From NCBI GenBank assembly GCA_964016885.1, contig OZ024741.1, forward strand, positions 198,834,001 to 198,898,000: DNA of 64,000 nt, in the 5' to 3' direction. The stretch is from Eledone cirrhosa (taxonomy: Eukaryota). Below are positions 52,690 through 64,000 of the stretch, piece after piece; position 1 is the first letter of the stretch, and every line of letters starts with the position of its first letter. The notes below the pieces were generated by a model, which was not told the DNA's origin, did not search any database, and worked only from the letters and a program-made list of their open reading frames with translations. The position numbers and the translations under genes were made by a program.

Positions 52690-55600
52690 TCAGGGCATCC
52701 AGCCAGTAAAACCCAGCCAGAATTATGAAAAGCACAACCAATATGATTTCCACTAGTGGTGACCACTAGTCATGTTAGTGCGGTGCATGGTAGTGGGGTG
52801 GCTAGAGTAGCCATGTGTGAGAACCCCTCAACTGTCATCAAGCAATCATACAGCCACTTACCCTTTCAGGTACATAGAACCTCTAACCAAAGAAGTAACA
52901 ACTATCAAGGTACAAATCTCAGGAGTGCCACCCTCAATGTTGGTACTTTGAAAGGCAAATCAGGTAAAATTGTGGAACTGTTAGAGAGAAGAGGAGTAGA
53001 TGTATGCTGTGTACAAGAAGTGAGGGGGGGGGGGGTCAGCAAGACTAATCTCGCGCAAGCAACTTAGATAAAAACTCTACTGGATAGGAAATGACAATGA
53101 GGTGGAGGCATCCTAGTAGCTGAGAAATGGATAGATAAGGTAATAGAGGTAGTTAGAGTAAGTGACAGAATCATCAAGCTTAGATTAACTGTAGGAAATA
53201 TACTGGTGACAATAACATCTACCTATGACCTGCAGGCAGGACTGGGTAAAGAACCAAAGGACAGGTTCTATGAGGAACTTTTACAAACAACTTCAGGTAT
53301 TGATGAAAGAGACCTCATCATGCTAGCAGGTGACTTTAATGGACATGTGGGACAGTACCAGGGTGGATTCAATGGAGTTTGTGGTGGCTATGGTTATGGC
53401 TCAAGGAATGAAGAAGGAATGAGGCTCCTGAAATTCTGTGATGCAATTGAAGTAACCATCTGCAACACAAATTTCAGGAAACCAGCCAATCACCTGATTT
53501 CATATCAATCTGGTGAACCCACAAGCCAAATTGATAACTTGCTTGTTAGACAACAAGACAAACGGACTAAGACCTTCCCTGGGGAAGAATGCACTGCCCA
53601 GCACAAGTTAGTTAGTGACATCAAAATAAACAAAAGACAGAACAAGACATGCAGAAAAATATGGAGACTGAGAGTGTGGAAGCTAAAGGACCTCTCAGTT
53701 AAATATAGATTTAGAAAGATCCCATGGAATGCGCTTGATGAGAAGGATGACGAGCTAGATACATATAATGTAGAGGACAACTAGAAATTCTTATGTGACA
53801 ACTGGTGAAACTTGTGGCTGGAGTACAGTGCCAGCCAGACAGAAGGGGACCTGGTGGTGGAACAGCACAGCAGATACAGCCATCAAAGCCAAGAGACAGG
53901 CTTGGAAAGACTAGAAAACTGGGAGTAGCAGAGACTGGTACTAAGTAATTAAGAAAGAAGCTAGGTGACAGGTATACACAGCTGAGAGAGAGGTGGAAGA
54001 AAGTAAATTTGCCAATGTCTTGAGACGTGAGGATCAGAGCTGTAAAGTGTTCCATATTGCAAGGCAGTGTGTTAGTGCAAATCGAGATGTTGTTGGGGAA
54101 AAATGTATTAAAAATGATGTTGGTGTACTTAGCACCACTGATACCCAAAAGAGAAGAGGCCTGGAAACGTAACTATGAGAGATTGATGAATGTAGAGAAT
54201 GAAAGGGAGGAAGAGAAACTAACCCAACTTACTCAAAGGAAGGACAGCTATTGAAGTTGATAGTTTTAGAGTCAAAGATGCAATCAAGGAGTTGAAGAAT
54301 GGTAAAGCTGTTAGACCATCAGAAATCAGGAGAAGTAGGAGTCAAACTTGTAACCCGTATAGTAAATCAAGTAATACATGACGGAGTCAAACCCAATGAC
54401 TGGTGCAGAAGTACAATCATAAATTGCTACAAGGGCAAAAGTGATGCTCGAGAAAGGAGCAACTATAGAGGAATAAAACTAATGGACCAAGTTATAAAAT
54501 AAACCGAAATAGTTATAGCGCAGGTAATTAGGGAAAGATTCAAAATAGATGAGATGCAGATTGGTTTCTGGGAAAAGTACTACTGATTACCTCTTATTAG
54601 AGAGGCAACTACAAGAGAAGTTCCTAGCTAAACATAAACCACTATATTTAGCTTTTGTTGATCTAAAGAAGGCCTTTGAAAGAATACCTCAATCTATTAT
54701 CTGGTGGCCCTTAAGGAAATTAGGTGTAGAAGAATGGCTTGTGAGAGCAGTACCAGCTGTGTACAGTAAAGTGAGAGTAGGAAATGAGTTTAGCAAGGAA
54801 TTCAAGGTACAGGTAGATGTTCAACAAGGTTCAATTCTTAGTCCAGTGCTGTTCATCATAGTTCTTCAGGCCATAACAGAGGAGTTTCAAATGGGCTGCC
54901 CATGGGAACTTCTCTATTCAGATGATTTGGTCCTTATAGCTGAAACCAAAAAAGAGCTAGAAAATAAATTCCGATTATGGAAACTGAATTTGGAATCAAA
55001 AGGTCTGAGAGTAAACTTAGCCAAAACTAAAGTGTTAATGAGTAGGAGAGAAGATAGGACCCAGGTTCCCTCAGGAAAGTGGCCCTGCTCAGTATGCAGA
55101 AAATGAGTAGACATAAACTCCATACAATGTACACAATATAAATCTTGGGTACACAAAAGATGTAGTGGGATAACAAGTAGAATAACAGGAAGGGAGAACT
55201 TTACTTGTAGAAGTTGCACAGGAGAAATAGAGAGGGAGGCTGCTAATGATATACACATTTTCCAGACACAGGAAGGATCCATAGATGTGGTTGATAGCTT
55301 CTGCTTTCTAGGTGACCTAATTAGCAGCAGAGGAGGGTGCTAGAATAAGGATAGGATGGTAGAAATTTAGAGAACTGCTCCCACTGCTGACAACAAAAAG
55401 TTTCTCTCTACATACAAAAGGATGATTGTTTGCTGTGCGTGATGCTGCATGGAAGTGAAACATGGGCTGTGGCTGCAGAGGACATGCATAGACTGGAGAG
55501 AAATGAAGCAACCATGCTTCATTGGATATGCAATATAAATGTGAGAGAAAGGCAGCTTGGATGAACTGAGGGAGAAGCTAGGATTAAGAGGAATCCAAGA

Positions 55601-55853
55601 TGGTGTGCAGGAGAGAAGACTGCATTGGTGATGTGCATTGGTGATGTGCATGGACAATGACCAATGGGTGAAGGAATGCCAGGAAATCTGAGCGGAAGGA
55701 AGCCACATTAGAGGACAACCAAGAAAGACCTGGGCAGAGTTTGTGAGAGCAGACCTCAAATCACTACAACTGGCAGAGGAGATGATGAAGGAACGCAAAA
55801 AGTGGAGAGATGGTGTGCTCAGAAGGACTTGTCCAATCCATGTAAGCATGGAA
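52690..55853 (+). mobile_element. Near full-length degraded RTE LINE (APE, RT, PHD-like finger)
   Basis: TLNVGTLKGK..VCCVQE, GDFNGHVG, NYRGIKL, VDLKKAF, LLYSDD, KWPCSVCRK; many stops. Confidence 0.92.
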
Positions 55854-55854
55854 A

Positions 55855-56195
55855 ATCATCATCATCATCATTATCATCATCATCATCGTTTAACGTCTAT
55901 CTTCCACGCTAGCATGTGTTAGATGGGTTTGCACCAATTGAGGCAAGTTGGGTTGGTTGACCATGTCTCGCTAATATAGTACTGTTTCTCGGTGGTTTTC
56001 TATGGCTGGATGCCCTTCCTAACGCCAACCACATTTACAGAGTGGACTGGGTGCTTTTTGTTGTGACACCTACACAACCACTTTACAGTGTGGGCTGGAT
56101 GTTTTGTAACTATACTACAACACTATCTGGATGTTTTGTGGTACCAACATAACTTTACACCTGATCCCTCTTATGCCCAATTTCTCTCTTAGTTT
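55855..56195 (-). mobile_element. RTE 3' UTR fragment, tail-to-tail with the preceding LINE
   Basis: (CAT)n-CGTTTAACGTC..CCACGCTAGCATG matches 4967-5140. Confidence 0.8.
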
Positions 56196-56240
56196 GTTAA
56201 GCGGATGTAAAAACGATGATGAGTGTATATATATATATAC

Positions 56241-56281
<41 letters not shown>

Positions 56282-56472
56282 GGGTTAGGGCACCTGCACT
56301 CTTTGGTCATGAATGACCAATGAGGCACAAGTCCAGGCAAGGTTGTGTGTAGAAGACCAGCAGTCACCCATGCATACCAGTCTCTCCTCCTCATGCCACT
56401 GATGTTCTCCAGGGGAAAGGCAAAGGCCAATACAACTTGGCACCAGTGATGTCGCAACTCATGTTAGTATGC

Positions 56473-56533
<61 letters not shown>

Positions 56534-56576
56534 AGAGCTGCAGTGTCAGTAGGAGTTTGATGAAAGCATCCTGGAA

Positions 56577-56677
56577 GAGCACTTCTGGCATGGTCATTTT
56601 TATCAATTTGAGCACTTCTGGCATGGTCATTTTTATCAATTTGAGCACTTCTGGCATGGTCATTTTTATCAATTTGA
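56577..56677. repeat. 33-bp tandem repeat x3
   Basis: GAGCACTTCTGGCATGGTCATTTTTATCAATTT three times. Confidence 0.95.
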
Positions 56678-57145
56678 ATTAGCGCCACACATATATTCAC
56701 TGTAAATGGTCAGGCTTGGTTTACCTTCTCCTTGATGTGACATCACCCATCACCGAAAGTTGAGGACTACTATTACATCCACGTGTATCCATCAACGTGA
56801 TGTACTAGCACGCCGTATGAAACTTTCTATTCGAGGGAGGTGAACTCCTGCTGACGACTCATTCCTGCCTATGTAATGCATAATAACATTACCTAGTTTC
56901 TGCACTTTGTGGTTCCATTTGTCAGCAGATCAGAATCATAGAAACTGGTGCATCGGTCTGGCTGTTACAAAGTTCCTACCCACGCAAAGTCGTCTTCCTC
57001 ACTGATTAACGTATGTATATACTCTAATCAGTTAGGTTCAAATTTTAATAATACAGACTTAATTAAATTATTGAGTGAGTGAGGAAAAGGCTGATGCTAT
57101 ACCATTCTATTTGATAAGTTTTACACACACACAAACACACACACA

Positions 57146-57340
57146 TATATATGTGTTTGTGTCTATATTGTATCTGTATTATTTTTGACCGTCGGTCAGT
57201 CAATGGCAACATTGAGGACCGAATAAATTAGATTACAGATATAAAAGACACAGAAGCGAAAAGCAAAAACTAACCAAACAGTGAGTGTGTTCTGTTATTA
57301 ATTCTGGCAATATTACACAAATATGACCCTCCCCAAGTAT

Positions 57341-57346
<6 letters not shown>
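57146..57346 (+). mobile_element. Solo terminus of the 27.6-28.5 kb fold-back family, fused to (TA)n
   Basis: Near-identical to 28325-28534; ends CCCCAAGTATAACAA|TATATA. Confidence 0.88.
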
Positions 57347-57434
<88 letters not shown>

Positions 57435-57472
57435 AAAGGATAACAAGGACGATTTATTACTCCTTCATTGAT

Positions 57473-57559
57473 AGGTGACGTGCGTTTCGCCACTGATCAG
57501 CTCAAGGTTCGATCTGTATCGATCCTACCCGACTCAATAATCGGCGGCTTGACGGACCC
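57473..57559 (-). ncRNA. Degenerate hammerhead-like motif
   Basis: GGGU / CCGUCAA / GCCGCCGAUU..GAUCAGUGGC / GAAA / C-GCAC-G / UC / ACCU. Geometry is intact but the core is mutated. Confidence 0.5.
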
Positions 57560-57669
57560 TCTTAAAATGCTATAAGAAAATGAAATACATGCTATGTGGT
57601 AAAGTCAGAGTTTCAAGAGTTTGACAAAATGAGTTGTTTTGATTGGTGGGAAGGATCAAGGCGATGTAC

Positions 57670-60600
57670 TGGCCTGTGGTGTATATGGGGGTGGGTGTGA
57701 TGGTGAGATGTTGGTGATGGTCGGTGGATGAGATGGGCTGTGGTGTGGTGGTGGCGGGTTGACCTTGGTCTGTAGTGTATGTAGGGGTGGATGTGATGGT
57801 GAGATGTTGGTGACGGTCGGTGGATGTGATGAGCTGTGGTGTGGTGGTGGCGGGTTGGCCTTGGTCTGTGGTGTATGTGGGGGTGGATGAGATGGGCTGT
57901 GGTGTGGTGGTGGTGGGTTGACCTTGGCCTGTGGTGTATGTGGGGGTGGGTGTGATGGTGAGATGTTGGTGACGGTCGGTGGATGTGATGGGCTGTGGTG
58001 TGGTGGTGGCGGGTTGGCCTTGGTCTGTGGTGTATGTGGGGGTGGATGTGATGGTGAGATGTTGGTGATGGTCGGTGGATGAGATGGGCTGTGGTGTGGT
58101 GGTGGTGGGTTGGCCTTGGCCTGTAGTGTATGTGGGGGTGGATGAGATGGGCTGTGGTGTGGTGGTGGCGGGTTGACCTTGGCCTATAGTGTATGTGGGG
58201 GTGGATGTGATGGGCTGTGGTGTGGTGGTGGCGGGTTGGCCTTGGCCTGTAGTGTATGTGGGGGTGGATGTGATGGGCTGTGGTGGTGGCGGGTTGACCT
58301 TGGCCTGTGGTGTATGTGGGGGTGGATGTGATGGTGAGATGTTGGTGACGGTTGGTGGATGAGATGGGCTGTGGTGGGGTGGTGGCGGGTTGACCTTGGC
58401 CTGTGGTGTATGTGGGGGTGGATGTGATGGTGAGATGTTGGTGACGGTCGGTGGATGAGATGGGCTGTGGTGGGGTGGTGGCGGGTTGACCTTGGCCTGT
58501 GGTGTATGTGGGGGTGGGTGTGATGGTGAGATGTTGGTGACAGTCGGTGGATGAGATGGGCTGTGGTATGGTGGTGGTGGGTTGGCCTTGGCCTGTAGTG
58601 TATGTGGGGGTGGATGTGATGGTGAGATGTTGGTGACGGTCGGTGGATGAGATGGGCTGTGGTGGGGTGGTGGCGGGTTGACCTTGGCCTGTGGTGTATG
58701 TGGGGGTGGGTGTGATGGTGAGATGTTGGTGACAGTCGGTGGATGAGATCGGCTGTGGTGTGGTGGTGGCGGGTTGACCTTGGCCTGTAGTGTATGTGGG
58801 GGTGGATGTGATGGTGAGATGTTGGTGACGGTCGGTGGATGAGATGGGCTGTGGTATGGTGGTGGTGGGTTGGCCTTGGCCTGTAGTGTATGTGGGGGTG
58901 GATGTGATGGGCTGTGGTGGGGTGGTGGCGGGTTGGCCTTGGCCTGTAGTGTATGTGGGGGTGGATGTGATGGGCTGTGGTGGGGTGGTGGCGGGTTGAC
59001 CTTGGCCTGTAGTGTATGTGGGGGTGGATGTGATGGGCTGTGGTGGGGTGGTGGTGGGTTGGCCTTGGCCTGTAGTGTATGTGGGGGTGGATGTGATGGG
59101 CTGTGGTGGGGTGGTGGCGGGTTGGCCTTGGCCTGTAGTGTATGTGGGGGTGGATGTGATGGGCTGTGGTATGGTGGTGGTGGGTTGGCCTTGGCTTGTA
59201 GTGTATGTGGGGGTGGATGTGATGGGCTGTGGTATGGTGGTGGTGGGTTGGCCTTGGCCTGTAGTGTATGTGGGGGTGGATGTGATGGGCTGTGGTATGG
59301 TGGTGGTGGGTTGGCCTTGGCTTGTAGTGTATGTGGGGGTGGATGTGATGGGCTGTGGTGGGGTGGTGGCGGGTTGGCCTTGGCTTGTAGTGTATGTGGG
59401 GGTGGATGTGATGGGCTGTGGTGTGGTGGTGGTGGGTTGGCCTTGGCTTGTAGTGTATGTGGGGGTGGATGTGATGGGCTGTGGTATGGTGGTGGTGGGT
59501 TGGCCTTGGCCTGTAGTGTATGTGGGGGTGGATGTGATGGTGAGATGTTGGTGACGGTCGGTGGATGTGATGGGCTGTGGTGTGGTGGTGGTGGGTTGGC
59601 CTTGGCCTGTAGTGTATGTGGGGGTGGATGTGATGGGCTGTGGTATGGTGGTGGTGGGTTGGCCTTGGCCTGTAGTGTATGTGGGGGTGGATGTGATGGG
59701 CTGTGGTATGGTGGTGGTGGGTTGGCCTTGGCTTGTAGTGTATGTGGGGGTGGATGTGATGGGCTGTGGTGTGGTGGTGGTGGGTTGACCTTGGCTTGTA
59801 GTGTATGTGGGGGTGGATGTGATGGGCTGTGGTGGGGTGGTGGCGGGTTGACCTTGGCTTGTAGTGTATGTGGGGGTGGATGTGATGGGCTGTGGTGTGG
59901 TGGTGGTGGGTTGGCCTTGGCTTGTAGTGTATGTGGGGGTGGATGTGATGGGCTGTGGTGTGGTGGTGGTGGGTTGGCCTTGGCCTGTAGTGTATGTGGG
60001 GGTGGATGTGATGGGCTGTGGTGTGGTGGTGGTGGGTTGGCCTTGGCTTGTAGTGTATGTGGGGGCGGATGTGATGGGCTGTGGTGGGGTGGTGGCGGGT
60101 TGACCTTGGCCTGTAGTGTATGTGGGGGTGGATGTGATGGGCTGTGGTGTGGTGGTGGTGGGTTGGCCTTGGCCTGTAGTGTATGTGGGGGTGGATGTGA
60201 TGGGCTGTGGTGTGGTGGTGGTGGGTTGGCCTTGGCTTGTAGTGTATGTGGGGGTGGATGTGATGGGCTGTGGTGGGGTGGTGGCGGGTTGACCTTGGCC
60301 TGTAGTGTATGTGGGGGTGGATGTGATGGGCTGTGGTGGGGTGGTGGCGGGTTGACCTTGGCCTGTAGTGTATGTGGGGGTGGATGTGATGGGCTGTGGT
60401 GTGGTGGTGGCGGGTTGACCTTGGCCTGTAGTGTATGTGGGGGTGGATGTGATGGGCTGTGGTGGGGTGGTGGCGGGTTGACCTTGGCCTGTAGTGTATG
60501 TGGGGGTGGATGTGATGGGCTGTGGTGGGGTGGTGGCGGGTTGACCTTGGCCTGTAGTGTATGTGGGGGTGGATGTGATGGGCTGTGGTGGGGTGGTGGC

Positions 60601-61615
60601 GGGTTGACCTTGGCCTGTAGTGTATGTGGGGGTGGATGTGATGGGCTGTGGTGGGGTGGTGGCGGGTTGACCTTGGCCTGTAGTGTATGTGGGGGTGGAT
60701 GTGATGGGCTGTGGTGGGGTGGTGGCGGGTTGGCCTTGGCCTGTGGTGTATGTGGGGTGGATGTGATGGGCTGTGGTGGGGTGGTGGCGGGTTGGCCTTG
60801 GCCTGTGGTGTATGTGGGGGTGGATGTGATGGTGAGATGTTGGTGACGGTCGGTGGATGAGATGGGCTGTGGTGGGGTGGTGGCGGGTTGACCTTGGCCT
60901 GTAGTGTATGTGGGGTGGATGTGATGGGCTGTGGTGGGGTGGTGGCGGGTTGGCCTTGGCCTGTGGTGTATGTGGGGGTGGATGTGATGGTGAGATGTTG
61001 GTGACGGTCGGTGGATGAGATGGGCTGTGGTGGGGTGGTGGCGGGTTGACCTTGGCCTGTGGTGTATGTGGTGGTGGGTGTGATGGTGAGATGTTGGTGA
61101 CGGTCGGTGGATGAGATGGGCTGTGGTGTGGTGGTGGCGGGTTGGCCTTGGCCTGTGGTGTATGTGGGGGTGGATGTGATGGGCTGTGGTGTGGTGGTGG
61201 CGGGTTGGCCTTGGCCTGTGGTGTATGTGGGGGTGGATGTGATGGGCTGTGGTGTGGTGGTGGCGGGTTGGCCTTGGCCTGTGGTGTATGTGGTGGTGGG
61301 TGTGATGGTGAGATGTTGGTGACGGTCGGTGGATGAGATGGGCTGTGGTGTGGTGGTGGCGGGTTGGCCTTGGCCTGTGGTGTATGTGGTGGTGGGTGTG
61401 ATGGTGAGATGTTGGTGACAGTCGGTGGATGAGATGGGCTGTGGTGTGGTGGTGGCGGGTTGGCCTTGGCCTGTGGTGTATGTGGGGGTGGATGTGATGG
61501 TGAGATGTTGGTGACGGTCGGTGGATGAGATGGGCTGTGGTATGGTGGTGGCGGGTTGACCTTGGTCTGTGGTGTATGTGGGGGTGGGTGTGATGATAAG
61601 ATGGTGGTTATGGTC
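57670..61615. repeat. ~3.9-kb G/T-rich minisatellite of 63-bp units and 96-bp (63+33) variants
   Basis: 63-mer GTAGTGTATGTGGGGGTGGATGTGATGGGCTGTGGTGGGGTGGTGGCGGGTTGACCTTGGCCT; optional 33-mer TGAGATGTTGGTGACGGTCGGTGGATGAGATGG. Confidence 0.95.
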
Positions 61616-62082
61616 ACTTACTGGGATGGGCTGTGGTGTGAGGTTAGTGGGTTGTCGGTAGACGGCTTTCCGTGTGTGGGGGTGTGGTTGTGGTGTTGTT
61701 GTTTATGGTAGTGGCGTTTGTGGTGGTGTGGTGGATGTGTTGGTGGTGTCGAGTCCTTGCGGAGATACAAAGCTAAATGCTCTTCGTCTGACAAATACGC
61801 TGTATATATGTATACACACACACATATGTATATATGCGCATATATATTGATGTATAAACACACACAACACATACGCATATATATATATATATATATCGCA
61901 TCTCCCCTTGTTTTGGAATTCAAAACATAAGTTTTTTAGATTATTGCCCTTACTAGCAGGAAGAATGGATGCTAAACGATGATGATGATGATGCACACAG
62001 ACATACATACAGACACACACACACAGACACACATACACACCCACCCACCCACACCCACCCACACCCACCCACACCCACACAC

Positions 62083-62123
<41 letters not shown>

Positions 62124-62439
62124 TAATTGCCATGTTACTTGAGGAAGTCCTTAGCTTTCTTTGGAAAAAATGTTAACTATCTTTTAAATCATAATCACTA
62201 TCTTATACAAAGTCTTCTTCTCTGGCCTTTTACTCAGTTGTACAATTGATGTTGAGAGTAAATCTGTGACTTATAAAACAGAATTAAACCACTTTCTTTA
62301 CATCAGTACATTCAATAGCAACTCGCCAATCAAGCAAGAGCAAACATTTGCATGTAATTTAAATACAAAATCCAACAAACAAACAAAAAATTGGTCTTTC
62401 TTTGTTGTATTTGTATATGTCTATGAAGTGTTTATGTAT

Positions 62440-63115
62440 ACACATGTGTGAGTACTTGTATGTTTGTATATATACACACATGTGAGTGCTTGTATGTTTG
62501 TATGTATGCAGATGTGTGAGTGTTTGTATGTTTGTATGTATGCAGGTGTGTGAGTGTTTGTATGTTTGTATGTATGCAGATGTGTGAGTGTTTGTATGTT
62601 TGTATGTATGCAGATGTGTGAGTGTTTGTATGTTTGTATGTATGCAGATGTGTGAGTGTTTGTATGTTTGTATGTATGCAGATGTGTGAGTGTTTGTATG
62701 TTTGTATGTATGCAGATGTGTGAGTGTTTGTATGTTTGTATGTATGCAGATGTGTGAGTGTTTGTATGTTTGTATGTATGCAGATGTGTGAGTGTTCGTA
62801 TGTTTGTATGTATGCAGGTGTGTGAGTGTTTGTATGTTTGTATGTATGCAGATGTGTGAGTGTTTGTATGTTTGTATGTATGCAGATGTGTGAGTGTTTG
62901 TATGTTTGTATGTATGCAGATGTGTGAGTGTTTGTATGTTTGTATGTATGCAGATGTGTGAGTGTTTGTATGTTTGTATGTATGCAGATGTGTGAGTGTT
63001 TGTATGTTTGTATGTATGCAGATGTGTGAGTGTTTGTATGTTTGTATGTATGCAGATGTGTGAGTGTTTGTATGTTTGTATGTATGCAGATGTGTGAGTG
63101 CTTGTATGTTTGTAT
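62440..63115. repeat. 34-bp tandem repeat, ~19 copies
   Basis: TGTATGTTTGTATGTATGCAGATGTGTGAGTGTT. Confidence 0.95.
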
Positions 63116-63699
63116 GCATACACATATATGTGTATATATGTGTGTAAGGAGGAAGACAATAGAAAAGTCCTAATCTTCATACAAACAATAAACTAAGCAG
63201 AAAAGAAAATTTAAATATTTTACAAACAAGCCTCTTTGTTGACCATGTAGAGGGACATGCTGACATATATTCACAGCGATTTTGTATATTTCTGCAGTTT
63301 TTATCACAGAGCGTCATTTAAACAGTAACAAGAGTCTTTACAGAACTTTTACTCTCTAATGTATAACCGGTTTAATATAGGTAGAATATCATCTGTTGAT
63401 GTCAACTTTGTCTTTTATCCTAAAGTAACAATTTGGTACTGGGGCCAATAGTTCCTATATCCTTTTCATACTTCCTCATTATCCTTCTCACTTTCACTCA
63501 CTCACTCTCTCTCTTTCTCTCTCTGTCTCAGTCTGTCTCTCTCTGGAAGAAATTGGTTGTGTTCAGACCTGAAGATGGGTATAGGCTCACCAGGTTTAAA
63601 ATGTATCATTACAACGCCCCTACAACTCCATAAAGAGATACATACATGATGGCTACATCTCAATTTAAAGAATTGTCCTGACCTGATCACCCCCCCCCC

Positions 63700-64000
63700 C
63701 CCTCACACATGGGTGGCACGAACATGACTCTTTAGCCCTGCTAAGGACTTACATTCCTTTCCTCATATGCTGCAGCATTAAACATTAATTCCACTTTGGT
63801 TCCCTGTTTTGTCTTGGTGAGTTTTTAAATGATGTTGGGGTCCACCAGCCAAGGCACATTGTTTTTCACACTTCTGACAGAAAGAAATGCCAAAGAAATC
63901 ACAATTGGCAGTATTTTGTACATGGTTTCTAAAACAAGCTTTACTGAAGCAAATCCGACCATACTCATTGCACATAAAGTCATTTTAAGCATCTCAAAAT
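63700..64000 (-). mobile_element. RTE (BovB-like) 3' end with degenerate C2H2 fingers; continues beyond the window
   Basis: CNEYGRICFSKACFRNH and CQKCEKQCALAGGPQHHLKTH resemble the tail of the 1550-3388 element. Confidence 0.65.

Noticed and set aside
52008-52766. His/Pro-rich ORFs, one with a signal-peptide-like start
   Set aside because: Explained by an 18-bp minisatellite open in several frames; the start overlaps the RTE 5' region.
56577-56677. 33-bp repeats as a CRISPR array (also the 59-bp and 34-bp arrays)
   Set aside because: Head-to-tail with no spacers; eukaryotic context; no cas genes.
58870-60846. 658-aa Gly/Cys-rich plus-strand ORF
   Set aside because: Antisense frame of the 63-bp array, with no ATG start or unique domain.
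63566-63610. CTGAAGATGGGT..ACC possible hammerhead
   Set aside because: No GAAA after the hairpin and no stem I or III.

Overview
Eukaryotic, AT-rich, microsatellite-dense intergenic/intronic DNA. The SINE families, RTE LINE load and (TA)n/(CA)n/(CAT)n/(GATA)n density suggest a coleoid cephalopod such as octopus (inference). No host gene could be supported, and most ORFs in the track are microsatellite artefacts. The window is a stack of decayed mobile elements: several RTE-clade LINEs, a Tx1/L1 element in a (GATA)n array, an R4/Dong-like fragment, a Gypsy remnant, non-autonomous Helitrons, mariner/piggyBac-like MITEs and tRNA-derived SINEs. The main signal is a recurring architecture. At least seven Penelope-like (PLE) or PLE-tail insertions sit next to (TA)n tracts, form fold-back inverted repeats, and carry type I hammerhead ribozyme (HHR) motifs, often with variant catalytic cores. 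The series runs from a near-complete 4.2 kb Penelope/Poseidon-type element with ~0.9 kb inverted arms, through ORF-less fold-backs, to a 343 bp near-perfect palindrome with one canonical hammerhead on each strand. All calls were made by eye, without database searches or folding software.
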